64,000 bases of DNA from Tubiluchus corallicola (lineage: Eukaryota; Animalia; Priapulida): contig JAQGDQ010000815.1 of assembly GCA_030141605.1 (NCBI GenBank), positions 28,682 through 92,681 on the forward strand. The letters are read 5' to 3'. Numbering within the stretch: the first letter of the stretch is position 1; each line of letters begins with the position of its first letter. The notes below the pieces were generated by a model. It was given only the letters and a program-made list of their open reading frames with translations, was not told the DNA's origin and ran no database searches. Both the position numbers and the translations under genes were made by a program. Shown here in pieces: positions 26,423 to 39,102 of the stretch.

Positions 26423-26748
26423 TCAAGAAGTGTTATGAGATGTTGTTATTTGTTAACTTGTCTGTTTGGAATATGTACAATGAGGGCCTGGGATGTGATG
26501 CAAGAGTCTGTCTTCTGTAGCGAAACAACGTTTTCCATCATCATTCAGATGAAGTGTTACGACAATACAAAAAATGGTCTTTTACTAACCTCAGTTTTTA
26601 GCACATTCTAGCTATCTGTATCAAAAGCCCACAGAATGTTACATGTCACGTTACACATTTCAAGGCCACTTGCTAAAGGTCAGTACATCACAAAAAAGCA
26701 AGAAAAGACGACGAATTCATTTGCATTTTTTCTGCAGCACTTGCATAA

Positions 26749-26954
26749 CGGCGCGTTCACACTAGAGAGGTTTCTATCGTGAGTTCCTCTCTGAGAGTAA
26801 ACTCACAAGTGTGAACGGCTTTGCTAGAACTATCACGAGTTTTGTTGACTGTCAGCTCGTGGTTACTCTCGGCGACTTTGCAAAAATTCGCAACGCCTCT
26901 TCCACACTCGGAAGTTTACTCTCAGGGAGAAAACTTGTTAGTGTGAACTCGCCA
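26749..26954. mobile_element. PIF/Harbinger-like MITE downstream of the PDK stop
   Basis: Imperfect TIRs ggcgcgttcacacta / tagtgtgaactcgcc flanked by TAA on both sides. Confidence 0.7.
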
Positions 26955-29900
26955 TAAGGTTTGAAACCCGTAATACTGTACTAAACGTATAATAGTCGTA
27001 ACTGCAGTAGTAAAACAGAACTAGGTCTAGTTAATCACAAGACTTATGTAACATAAACAAAGGCTACCTATTGTTAGAAGTGATTTCGCAGTTGTTATAC
27101 CAGCTAACGTTGCGTTATTAATTGCTTAAGTTTGCATCGCCTTTACTGTTTTGCTAGTTTGTCTGTTCTTCGATACATTTACCTATGGCAGCTGTTTGTG
27201 CTTTTATAATTTATGCGTCTGGACGAAAACATATCAAAAGGAGATGATTCAGGCCCGAGAATCCGCGAATTTTCTTCTTTTTTTTTTGGCGAGTCCGATT
27301 CTTGGATACAGATTAAGGATCTAAATGATGACCAGCGCAACCCCCCTGGGGAATTGTGGTATTCAGGATAAATGCATATTTGTGTTTTCTAGAGTAAACG
27401 GTTATTAATGAAAAGTATCCAAAAGTTCCGACTTGTCATGTTTGCGACATCATATGTATGTAGCTTGAAACGTTGAAAACACATTTACCTATAGCTTTAG
27501 GTACATCATGCTTCTATTAGTCAGCAACATACTTATGTGTTCTAAAGTGCATGAGTATCAATGAAAAGTGTGGTCAAAGCTTTTGGTTGTTGATGTCGTA
27601 TGTAGTTATTATGACGGCATATATGTATATTGCCGTCATACTTATATATATATCATTTTTATTCGTACCCTTTTAGTGGTACAATCACATCAAGTAAACA
27701 AACAGATCAACAAGCAAAATAACATTAATTAACAAGATTAGTAAGCAATGTGAATATGTACAATTAAGTGAGAGTAAGATATGTTAGTATGGCGTACAAC
27801 TGATTCCTGTCAAAAAAATCAAAACAATTACGTTCTAGTGCCCATATAAGTTCTTTAATGAAATTTACAGTCCGTATTTGTTCATTGCTGGCATTACTTC
27901 TTACATCTAATGTACAAGAAAAAACTTTAGAAAAAAAAATTTCATTTGTGTAAAAAGTTTACACAATGTCCAAAGGGCGTGAAAACTGTTGTATAGTATA
28001 CGTACATGTTTGTATGAGCTGATAATACAATTACATGCTCAAAAGTGAAAGGTTATGAGTGAAGACTGTGTTTTTTTTTAAATTCTTGCAGCCATGTTGG
28101 CTGCCATCTTGAATATCTCAAATTCCCCAAGATGTCGCATTGGTCATGATTCTGATCCTTAATCAGCTGGTTATCGGGACTCAGAATCTGCAAAAACCAT
28201 CCTGCGGACCCCCCACCCCGGCAAGAACTCACCCCGGTACTAGTTGTAGTGAAAATTTTGTAGTAGCACAAAAGAGTGCTGAAGAATTTGCTAACTGTTA
28301 TTAAGTTTGCACGAAGCCATGTGCTTAAGGATGGATGCTGCGAACTTATCTTTATAAATTATGCTGTTATCTCTTGCTCGCTACTTGTGCCCCCTGGTGG
28401 ATGAACTTTTTATTTATTACATATCTGTAATATGTATTAGAGGTTTTTCTTAGCTCAGCTGCTTGCGAGAGTAAGGATCTCTTCATTCGCTGAACCTTCA
28501 AGAAGCCAATTTAGGTTTTTATGATTTTTTTTGCATAAACAAGTGACTTTGAACGAAACAGTACAACACTATTTTTGCTAGTGTAGCTTCCTTAGATGAA
28601 CTGTCTCGTTGAAACTTACTTGTGATTAGGGGTGAGCATCGAACGTTCGAGTTCGATTCGAATGAGATTTTTAGTTCAAATTCGATTCGAACTTAAAACT
28701 ATAAATTTAAATACTTCACCACTTCAATCAGGTACGTTCTTTACCATTAAAATGTTTGAAACATCTTGCAATTAGTACAATTTAGTTGTGATTTCTCTAC
28801 ACAATTTTAAACAAACTAATAGTGGTTTTACTGCAGATTAAAATCAAGCATGTACTATGCATCATCTTTGTAAGACTAATTTTTACTGGTGGTTCGAAAA
28901 CTTGTTCGAAAATCTTTCAATCTCAATTCAAATTTGATTCGAATTCGAAAGTCACAAATTCGATTCAACTCTAATTCGCTTTCTGGTAGAGAATGATCAC
29001 CCCTTCTTGTGATGCAGATTTCATTTGAACTTTGAAGATTCCATGTGTAGAAAGTAACTATAAACATGCTATTGAGTATAGACAGAAATATTTTCAATAT
29101 TCGGGAGAATTCCTGGAGTTCACGAAGGATGGTCCTTGGCATTGTTCTTCGATAGGTAGGCATTGATGCTATCATTTTTGGTGGCATTTGCAAGAGCTTT
29201 TTAGGCATATCTGAAATGCGTTTAGGTGCTATTAACATGATGTAACTGTTAGATGATAGATGTACTGTATTTTGGTACTCGTCTTTATAATAGTGTTTTA
29301 TGGACAACAATGTCGCTGCGAAATCTACTTGCATTAATTGCTTCTGCTTTTTCTACCTGCTGATGTACAATTATATGTTTGTAAATATGTAACTATTGCC
29401 TTTGTATAATCTTTTATTTGCAGTATATTACTTGTAGTAAGTATGCATTATAGGTCTATGAAGCCAGCAGCCTTACAGTGAAGCCAAATAATGAATGTTA
29501 GCAATTATGCTTTTTTGTAAGAGTGTTCTTAACGTCTCAACTTATATCATTCTTGTAACTAGTGACAAGTTTTTCAAAGAATTTTACTTAGGTAAGTTTC
29601 AATGGCTAGTTTTGGTTTTACTGATATACCATAAATCTTTTTGTACGTTATCCCACAAAGTTAATTCAAAGATTTGTTCATCCATATTGGTTCAGTTGGC
29701 TGTCTTGGAAAAATTGTAACTACTTTGAGAAATTCATAAAATAAACGTTATTTGATGTTAGAAAATGATAATAAAATACCATTTTCATGTTGACAAAAAG
29801 TTCTTTTGTTGGTATTTTTCCTGTGTTGTCTTTAAAACACATTAAAGTTTCACAAAGCCTGTTATTACGTGACTGGAAAACGTTTGCAATCTGAAAGAAA

Positions 29901-30199
29901 GAACTCTTACTGTAATTGTAATTTTGTCTCTTAAGCACAGTAATGTGTGTAAAACCAGGAACCAAAAAGACTACATTAGTGCAGAGGTATTTGTCGTATA
30001 TTGGAATTGTGCAAAGAATAATTCGAAATTAATATCATATCTTACCTTTCAAAATCTGGTTGTACATCCTGTTATTAATTTTATAAAATTAACACTTCTC
30101 ACCGTAAAGGACTCCTAGAAGTACGAACCAATCGAAATTTAATTCTGTTTAACTGTTAACGCATTATAGTAAAGATAATGTTGCCTTACTGTTACTGTA

Positions 30200-30930
30200 T
30201 AAGTTATTAGTGAGAAGTTTATTAAAGTATGGGCATGTTGTGACTTACCCTCGTTATGTCAAGGATTATCAATTGCTTGAAGCTGTTCCGAGGGAAGCCA
30301 CAAGAATGATTCCTGGACTAAAAGAATTGGACTGTGAAGATCACTTGGCAGCCATTAAATTATGTTATAGAAGAGCAAGAGGTGATAATTTTATGATAGA
30401 ATGCTGCAAGTTGATCCTGTGTGCGGTATAACTTTCTGTTATGTATTAATGCGTCAGAACGCATTGTAAATAAAGTAGTTCGGTAACACGCATAATGGTG
30501 TACTATATTTTGTTATTTCTACTAGATTAATGCGTCAGAACGCATTGTAAATAAAGTAGTTCGGTAACACGCATAATGGTGTACTATATTTTGTTATTTC
30601 TACTAGATTAATGCGTCAGAACGCATTGTAAATAAAGTAGTTCGGTAACACGCATAATGGTGTACTATATTTCGTTATTTCTACTAGATAGAAATCCAGG
30701 TACATCAACATGAAACACATTCCACAACGCTTTGAGGTTGATGGCATGAGTAGGACTAGACGACATAGCAAGAAATGGAAGAAACCATACTGTAGGACAT
30801 CTGTTAGGCAACATTGTTTCTCATTAAGGATTCCTAATTTGTGGAATTCATTGTCAGATTCTGTTGTCGCTGCCCCATCACTTAATACATTCAAGGTTAG
30901 GGTGGATCAGTATTGGAGAAGATTTTGGTA
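30200..30930 (+). mobile_element. Degenerate CR1-group LINE 3' fragment interrupted by an 81-bp x3 tandem repeat (30446-30688)
   Basis: LLEAVPREATRMIPGLKEL..E.HL...YRRARGD.MIE and TRRHSKK...CRTSVRQHCFSLRIPNLWNSLSDSVVAAPSLNTFK.RVD..W are typical of CR1 ORF2 C-termini. Confidence 0.85.
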
Positions 30931-31149
30931 TGAAAATTGGCCAATATCCTCCCGCCAGATGCGTACAGGATGTTACGATTTTATCAATAGTAGAAATGTC
31001 GAAAACGTTGCACAGGTCTAAGATCTTAATCAACGCATCATTAAAGAAAAGTATGTAAGCTAAGTTAATGTTGTATCCGCTCTAAACGTGCCGGACTTCG
31101 CGGGCGGTTTTGATTAAAACTTCTGCTCATAGATGGCAGACGGTGTATT

Positions 31150-31270
31150 GTTGTCAGGCTGCTTAGTTACCACGACCGCAACGGTTACCAAGTGTAAACA
31201 AAACAAAAAACGCACAATGCGTAAACAAACTATGTTGCGTATTTTACTGTACGATCGTTTTGTTTACTCG
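31150..31270 (+). promoter_or_regulatory. Putative motile-cilia promoter elements: RFX X-box half-sites and forkhead (FOXJ1-type) motifs
   Basis: GTTACCAC at 31166, GTTACCAAG at 31184, GTAAACAAA at 31194 and 31221, TGTTTAC at 31261, all within 170 bp of the PACRG ATG. Motif match only. Confidence 0.5.
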
Positions 31271-31317
31271 CTTAGTTAACTTTTTGTGGACTTGTGCTAT
31301 CTGTCTATTCTTCCATC

Positions 31318-32013
31318 ATGCCAACCTCATCGCCCACCACGTGGACTAAAGAGCTCCATGATCAACATACTGGTAGTTCACCAAAGATTAAAAGTGGTTC
31401 ACCTCCAAAGGCAGGTGCATTTAGAGAGAGGCCATTGACCAAGAACTCTACGTTTAAGAAATTTTACGAAAGAGGAGACTTTCCTATTGCTCTCGAGCAC
31501 GACACAAAGGGAAATAAGATTGCTTGGAAACTTGAAATAGAAAAGCTTGATTTTCATCACTATCTTCCTCTGTTTTTCGATGGCCTGTGTGAGAGTACTC
31601 ATCCGTGTGAGTTTTTCGCTCGGCGAGGAGTTCACGACATGTTGGAACACGGCGGTTCCAAAATTCTTCCAGTTGTACCTCAGTTAATCATACCGATCAA
31701 AAATGCACTGAACACGAGAAATCTGACAGTTGTCTGCACGACCCTCAAGGTAATCCAACACTTAGTGGTTTCTGGCGAGATGATTGGTCAGGCACTGGTT
31801 CCGTATTACCGACAGATTCTGCCCATCTTAAACCTCTTCAAGAATAAGAATATAAACTCAGGAGACAAGATATACTACGGACAGCAGAAACGGGAAAATG
31901 TTGGTGATTTAATTGAGGAAACTTTGGAAGTTCTGGAGCGTTACGGAGGAGAGGATGCATTCATTAACATCAAGTATATGATACCAACTTATGAATCTTG
32001 CATACAGAACTGA
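31318..32013 (+). CDS. PACRG: Parkin co-regulated gene protein (axonemal inner-junction protein), single coding exon, 231 aa
   Basis: Uninterrupted ORF from ATG 31318 to TGA 32013, with [72 protein letters not shown] and [19 protein letters not shown]. Confidence 0.97.
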   Translation: MPTSSPTTWTKELHDQHTGSSPKIKSGSPPKAGAFRERPLTKNSTFKKFYERGDFPIALEHDTKGNKIAWKLEIEKLDFHHYLPLFFDGLCESTHPCEFFARRGVHDMLEHGGSKILPVVPQLIIPIKNALNTRNLTVVCTTLKVIQHLVVSGEMIGQALVPYYRQILPILNLFKNKNINSGDKIYYGQQKRENVGDLIEETLEVLERYGGEDAFINIKYMIPTYESCIQN

Positions 32014-32597
32014 GATAAAGGGACAGCGAGCCAAAAGGAAGGATGTGCCAACTTTCACAATAGCTCACCAGTCTAGAATTTTTAATAAAGCAAAATGCCA
32101 TGTTGACATATTGAATTTTACTATATTTAAAGATAGCAAAGTTAGCCATAAAACTTATTTAAATTCAACCTGATTAAAAGTTATTGCAAAATGTTATGTG
32201 CAAAATTATTCAAGAAAAAATTTAGCGTGTATCAAATTGATTTAACTGTACCTGTTATGCTGAGCATCGGATGTAGATTTAGTGAATTAGTGCACGCATA
32301 TTTTTAGCTATTTAATTGCTGCTATATTTTCATTTATCTAGTTATTCACTAACATCTGTATTGCAAAAATATACCCAGCATAATAAGTACATATGAATTT
32401 ATATGTATTATATTCTTATATTTTGGTTTACTTAGGAAAATATTTTCATTAAAAGACACACATGAAATTGTCGAATTGCTACAAGATTTAATATGCAGAG
32501 GTAAGTATTATGATTTGGCTTGTCAAGTATAATGTGAAAACCCAAGTCAGAATATGGCTCTACAAAGTTATATATATATATATAGTGGAGATATGTA

Positions 32598-33099
32598 CAG
32601 TCAACCTCGGATATAAGGGACACCTCTGGATCGGAAAAAACTGTCCCTTATATCCGATGCCCCTTATAGCCGAAGTTGAGTCAGAGCAAGAGTGTGTCTA
32701 GACCTGTACTTTTCTGCACTTTTACCCATATTTTTATGGATTATTGTTACACATTCAGTACAAACGGTATGTAGTAAGCTCCTTCAGTGATGCGAGATGT
32801 ATGTGACCGCGGAAACCGAGCTGTTCGAAGGTGGAGTTTGCGAAAAATTCAGACTGAAAATCGATCAATTTCGCATTGATCATAGGGTCCCTTATATGTG
32901 AGGTAATTTACCCGAGTTTCTATTACGTGGGACCTGTGAAGATATCTTCCTTTATAACCGAAAGTCCCTTATATCCGAATCCATTCTATACGAAGATTTT
33001 TACATAGGAAAAATGTTACGAAAAATCGGGACCGGTGTTAGTGGTCCCTTATAAGCGAACGTCCCTTATCAGCGAGTACCTTACACCCGAGGTTTACTG
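32598..33099. mobile_element. Tc1/pogo-type MITE family (copies 36104-36569, 39585-40157, inverted 59743-60212)
   Basis: TA|cagtcaacctcgg ... ccgaggtt(g/t)actg|TA ends; four collinear copies. Confidence 0.92.
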
Positions 33100-33624
33100 T
33101 ATGCTGTATCAACGACCTAAAATCATTTTGTGCAATATCGGTTGGTTTTGAAAAAAATTTACCGAAGTTTAGACTACAATAATATTAGAAGTGCCTTAAG
33201 AAGTTGGAATTTAACAGCATGATATTGAGTGTGTTGGGTTTTGGCTGCGAAGGTTACAAGTGTATAGTTTAGTAGCTTTGAAGTTATGCATGTTAGAAAT
33301 TTAAACGCCAGAACAATATCAACTATGATCAACAACAGCCACATTGATGTGTAAAGCACTAAATACAAGGCAGAAGAATAATAAAGAAATCAACAACAAC
33401 CAGTTTTCATTGTGGTCTTCACCGCAGAAAGTGAAGCACTGATTAAAATTTATTGTCAAGCAAAAAAGGGATTCAATTATCTGGTCCATGGCTTCCGGAA
33501 TTCCCTTAAAGAGAACGTTTACGAAAGTCCCACAGAGCCGTTTGATGCAGAGGAAGTAATGGCAAAAATTGCTGAGTGTTGGGTTCGGCCAAATAAACCT
33601 TGAAGCAAAACCGGATCCAATCTT

Positions 33625-34075
33625 AAACTGCAGGTCAAAACAATCTACTCTTTAAAATATTGAAGGAAACATACTACTTTTTCAAAGAAAGAATTATTAC
33701 CAGACAAACAATTTCACGTTTGCGCCACTAGTTGTTCACTGTTACATGCATTTCGCCATTCACTAGTTAGACAGACACTAGCATTTGATTTTCAGAAACT
33801 CATTACAAAAAAGAGGTGCTGTACCTCTCAGTTCAGATGTGTTAGTTTGTGACAAACTGCACACGTTCGACAGCTCATGCTTGAGCAAAGTGGTAAATCT
33901 GAAATTTGAATTTTTACCTTAAAACTTGCAGTAGCACTGTACTTCAATTTTCGCTTACGCAAACACGTGCAACACGCTCGTGGAATATTTTTGCTGTTGA
34001 AAATTATGATAGTTTGTGATGTCATCACTATGTTGCCCATCGTTATATGAAAAATCATTCTGTTTTCCTTTAAAG
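33625..34075. mobile_element. Dispersed repeat shared with ~42240-42825 and ~61975-62180 (unclassified)
   Basis: Shared tctactctttaaaatattgaa, gctgtacctctcagttcagatg and gctcgtggaatatttttgctgttgaaaat. Confidence 0.8.
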
Positions 34076-34495
34076 AATTAAGAAACTGTATCTGCTACCG
34101 GAAGAAATACCATCATTTAGATGCGATAAAAATGGCGGACACAGAGCATCTGCCGCAAATATATCTCTTTATCTCTAACTGTTTATTTCACAAGAATAAC
34201 GAGTGAAATCATATGAAGAAGATAAACATTATAAAATATGAGTAAATCTCTTAGACAACTTGAGAAGAAGAAAAACAGACACAAAAGCAAATGACTTCAT
34301 ACACGTGTATTAACTCGTAGTATCTCTGGAACAGAATACATGGATATTTAAAAAAATATAATCTGGCAAAAGTTACTAATAAGAAATCTATATACATTTT
34401 AAAAAGGCTTGTATTAAAAAAGAATTGTATAAGCGTATACTGGACATGCGAAATACGTAAAAGTTGTTTTGCAGTAACATTTTCATTTCTGTTAA

Positions 34496-34953
34496 CCCTT
34501 TCATACCCGTTGTATCCCGCGGGATACGAGAATATTTTCTGCCTTTAAAATTAATAAAATTTTAAAACTGACAGTTATTTGATCTGTTAATAGTTATTTT
34601 GATTTAAGCTGATAACAATAGACTAAAAATGGTGATAAAATGGCAAACTAGAAAATCTACATAGCACAAAAAACTGTGTAAGGTACAGTACTTTAGAGAC
34701 GACTTTGTACAGATCAGCATAGCATGAATACTAAATGTCTTAAATACTTTAAAAAACTATCAGCAGTTCAAAATGAAGCACATTTTATGCTTCCACTGAA
34801 TCCCAATGTATCCCGTGGGATACAGGCTATATTTAGCACACGGACACAGGTAGAAAAAAATAATGATTATGTGTAAACAAGATGGACATACTGAACAAAA
34901 GTACCAAGTCAAAAAAAACTTTCTTATTAAAAAATAATTTGAGACTGAAAGGG
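34496..34953. mobile_element. piggyBac-like MITE
   Basis: TTAA|ccctttca ... tgaaaggg|TTAA; internal palindromes gtatcccg(c/t)gggatac near both ends. Confidence 0.82.
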
Positions 34954-34980
34954 TTAAATTAAGTTTTAACTGCACAACTA

Positions 34981-35523
34981 CCGTATTTATTCGAGTATAA
35001 CGCGCACCCCCAATTCTCGATTAAAAATCGGTATAAAATTTTGTTTCAGTTTTTCTCGGCTCAGACCAAGCATTGTAAGTGACAAACGTTGTTGAACAAC
35101 TCCAGTCTCTAACATTTCCTAGGCCAGGCACCGTCTAGACAAACCATCTAGACATTGCACCCTCTGACAAAGTCTGCTGATGACGCAAATATTATTGATT
35201 ATTTCCTTAGCTACGCAACGCGCACCCCTAATTTTCGATTAAAAATTGGTATAAAATTTTGTTTCAGTTTTTCTCGGCTCAGACCAAGCATTGTAAGTGA
35301 CAAACGTTGTTGAACAACTCCAGTCTCTAACATTTCCGTGGGCCAGACACCGTCTAGACAAAGCGTCTAGACGTTGCACGGTCTGACAGTCTGCTGATGA
35401 CGCAAATATTATTGATTATTTCCTTAGCTACGCCTCACCCCAGCCCTCGTTTATAACGCCCACCCAAACTTTGAGTTCTTTTTTAGGTAGAAAATTTTGC
35501 GCGTTATACTCGAATAAATACGG
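34981..35523. mobile_element. TA-flanked MITE (pogo/Tc1-like) with internal ~220-bp tandem duplication
   Basis: Perfect TIRs ccgtatttattcgagtataacgcgca / tgcgcgttatactcgaataaatacgg with TA TSD. Confidence 0.9.
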
Positions 35524-35875
35524 TACTTTAATACCAGAATTATCGATTACTGTTTTTCCTTGGAAATTTCGCAAAAGAAAGCAAATGCAAAAAAAATTAT
35601 GACTGAGCCAGAATCTAGGACAAAAAGCACTTTTTATTTTTTATTTTTATTGATCAAATTTGGCAGAAAAAAGTATCACATTGTCTCATTGTGAATTTTA
35701 ACAATGAATAATTAAGACTGTACTCAAACAGACTTTCCATTTTCAGTGTTTGAGATCTTTAGTATCACATTCAACACATGAGAATCATCATTGTTATGGT
35801 TATATTGATTCCACGACTCATTTCATTTCGGCCTCACAGTCACATGGCTCAATGCTCAATCACACTTCTATGGTT

Positions 35876-36019
35876 TCACTGCCAGTTCACTGCTTGGTCA
35901 TCTTGATCATCATAGTCAGGCAGTCTAACTCGCTTTTCCGTCGAGAAAACCTTTTCCAGTTCATTTTCGCTTGGTATCTTCAAATACGGCAACGCCACGC
36001 GCAACTGTCTCTTTAGCTC
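35876..36019 (-). CDS. MDH1B: MDH1B last exon (ELKRQLRVALPYLK...NWQ*)
   Basis: Acceptor tgcag|GAG, phase 0, open to TGA; sequence conservation is weak. Confidence 0.72.
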   Translation of the reverse strand, partial: ELKRQLRVALPYLKIPSENELEKVFSTEKRVRLPDYDDQDDQAVNWQ

Positions 36020-38887
36020 CTGCACAGAAGCGGAAAAAACCGAATCAGAAATTCACGATTTGTTTTTCAACACTATACTACCAAGTCAGCACTTTCGGAC
36101 ATACAGTCAACCTCGGATCTAGGGGACACTTCCGGACTGGAAAAAACCGTCCCTTATATTCGATGTCCCTTGGAGCTGAAGTTGAGTCAGACCAAGGGAG
36201 TATCTAGGTCTGTACTTTTCTGTACTTTTACCCATATTTTTATGGATTATTGCTACACATTCAGTGCAAATGGTATGTAGGAAGCTCCTTCAGTGATGCG
36301 AGATGTATGTGACCGCGGAAACTGAGCTGTTCGAAGGCCGAGTTTGCGAAAACTTGAGGTTAAACATTGATGAATTCCGCTTTGATCATGGGGTCCCTTA
36401 TATGCGAGGTAATTTACCTGAGTTTCTATTACGCGGGATCTGAAGATATCGTCTCTTATAACCGAAAGTCCATTATATCCGAAGATTTTTACATAGGAAA
36501 AACATTCAGAAATCAGGACCAGTGTTGGTGGTTCCTTATAAGCGAGTACCTTATACCCAAGGTTGACTGTATAAACATTATCAACATACAGTAAACTTAC
36601 ACATAAATTAAATCCACTCGGACCGAAAAAAACTTAGAGTTAGACAACATTTTGAGTTAGGCGATGCTGGACTATTTTCCAGCATAGAAACTCTAAACCC
36701 CTCCTCCAGATGGCGAGCTAAATTTAGTAATGAAAGTCTGATAAGTGCCTCGTGTAATTAGTAAAATTGCTTAAAAGTCGCGATCATTTCACGCTCGGAC
36801 GCTCGCAAATTTGACTGCCTGTTCTTCCACCGATGACGTCATTCATCGACTAAGGAAAAGCGGCGCAGCATCAAAACTAGAACATTCTGCGACATTTTTG
36901 TGAGAACATTCGGTAAGCTGCTGCAGAAGTTTTGAATTAGTTTAAACGCGATGCACCTATGTAAAGTCACAATGCGCTTTCGAAAAGTCACGAAGTTGAT
37001 GCAGCTAACAGCATAAATTCTGCTGCTCCTAAAACTAGATTTGGTTGAAGTTGTTGCATATCTTTATTTATCTTAGCTATCCGAGTTGTTATTGGTTTAC
37101 CTGGCTGTTTTTTGCAAAGTTTTAAGGCTTCTTCTAAGGTAATTCATACTGGTGTTTCACTTTGTAATCTGAGAAAGTGTCCTAATATAGGTTTTACACG
37201 TCAAATGTAGACACAGGAAAGTTCAAATGTGACTTAGGTAAGTCAAATGTAGACATAGGAATTTCGAATGTGTTTTGGTAACTCAGATGTGACTTAGGTA
37301 AGTCAAATGTAGACATAGGACATTTGACTTGACATGTGTCTACATTTGACTTACCAAAAACGCTTAAGATTTGTTGAAAATCATTGTTAACACATTTCAA
37401 CTGCCTAAGTCTACGTTTGAGTTACCAAGACACATTTGAATTACCTAAATCTACATTTGACTTAACATAGGTCTACATTTGACGTGTAAAACCTATATTT
37501 GAATCTTCAGAGCTTGACTTTTGAACTCTAGAGAACTTGTTTCATTCTAGTATATAAATCTTCGGCCATCTTGTTACATCATACAATAATTGTCTAGTGA
37601 ATGGCAGCTACTATGGCAGAAACAATCTATACCATGCTAGTATAAATTAACTATATAGTGCACAGACAATAATAGTAAAATAAACCCAACATACAGTCTA
37701 GCCTCGTTATCTCGCCACTGTCCGTCTAGGGCAAATTTTTGGCGAGAGGCGAGTATGGCGAGATAACGGGAATATAACGAAGTTAGTTTATATGTATATA
37801 CATAATAGGTGATTAACATAGTGTTCCTCTATGTACATATAAAATATATTTCGCATTATAGGATTAAGACAAAACAGTTTTTGCTTCAGAGACATCATGT
37901 AAAGTTGCTCACACTTTGTGGAAACTCAAACTTAAACGCAGCTTTGGTGTTATAGAGTAAGGATATCGGTGACGCTTTAGTTTCTCTGCGCATTAACCAA
38001 CCACAGCACTCCTAATCTAATCCTGGTGAGACACACACTAGATTATTTATGTCTGTCTATCGCGTACAGTATCATTGCCTACATACCGCGGTTATATTGA
38101 TCGACACGCGGTATATGTATTGATCGATTCACCTCTGAGTTTGTCTGTTTGGCGACATAACGAATATAGTTTACATAAGCATTCATCCTAGCATGACGTG
38201 GCGAGGGCGAGAAGCGAGTGTGGCGACTTGACGAGGTAAATATCAAAGCAGGAAATCCGTCCTGGTGCTTTCTATGGCGAGAGACGAGTTTGGCGGCATA
38301 ACGAGGGGCGAGATAACGAGGCTAGACTGTACTAAGTCATTTGACAAAACTTGAAGATCAACATTAGAACACTTACTAGAATACTTTCAACTAGTTTACG
38401 TCGCACATCTAAGCTTAATGGCAAGTCCTCTTTGACAGTGAGTCTACCATCATTAAACTGCACGGGGAATGAAAAACCTAGACCATTCGACACTCCATAC
38501 TGTCCTAAAATAAATATATTTTTATTAACTGAAATACTCGCCCCGTTAAATAAATGCAGATACTTGGCAATTCAACAAACAGAATCAAACATCACAGTAC
38601 ATTACTATGATTCTGCATTACAGCAGTAATTGACTTAATTTACGATAAATTAGTGAATGTTGTACGATTATTTCAAAGCAAAGAAACTGGTTTGGACTCG
38701 TGAAGCCAGAGGCCATTCAAACTAAGTGACTTGTGGTGAAATCTTAAAAGGGGTGGGTTGATACACAAAGCAAAACTGGTCCATTGTGATATCTCGTTTT
38801 CCATCTGAAACAAGGTAGTAATAAAAAGGCGTAAAATTTAGAGTTTAAAAACTTATCTTATTTGGAAAGAGAAAGAGAGGGAGAGAA

Positions 38888-38970
<83 letters not shown>

Positions 38971-39046
38971 AGAGAGCGAGGTGAAGGAGGGAGACGAGAG
39001 GGATGGAGGGAGAGAGGGAAAGGCAGGAAGAGAGAGAAAGACAAAG

Positions 39047-39102
<56 letters not shown>

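Noticed and set aside
28876-29334. 152-aa minus-strand ORF as a gene
   Set aside because: Its C-terminal part runs through a hAT MITE and no domain is recognisable; probably decayed repeat sequence.
31294-31317. Upstream GTG start of the PACRG ORF given in the ORF track
   Set aside because: This is a eukaryotic gene, and the first ATG in good context (atcATG) is at 31318.
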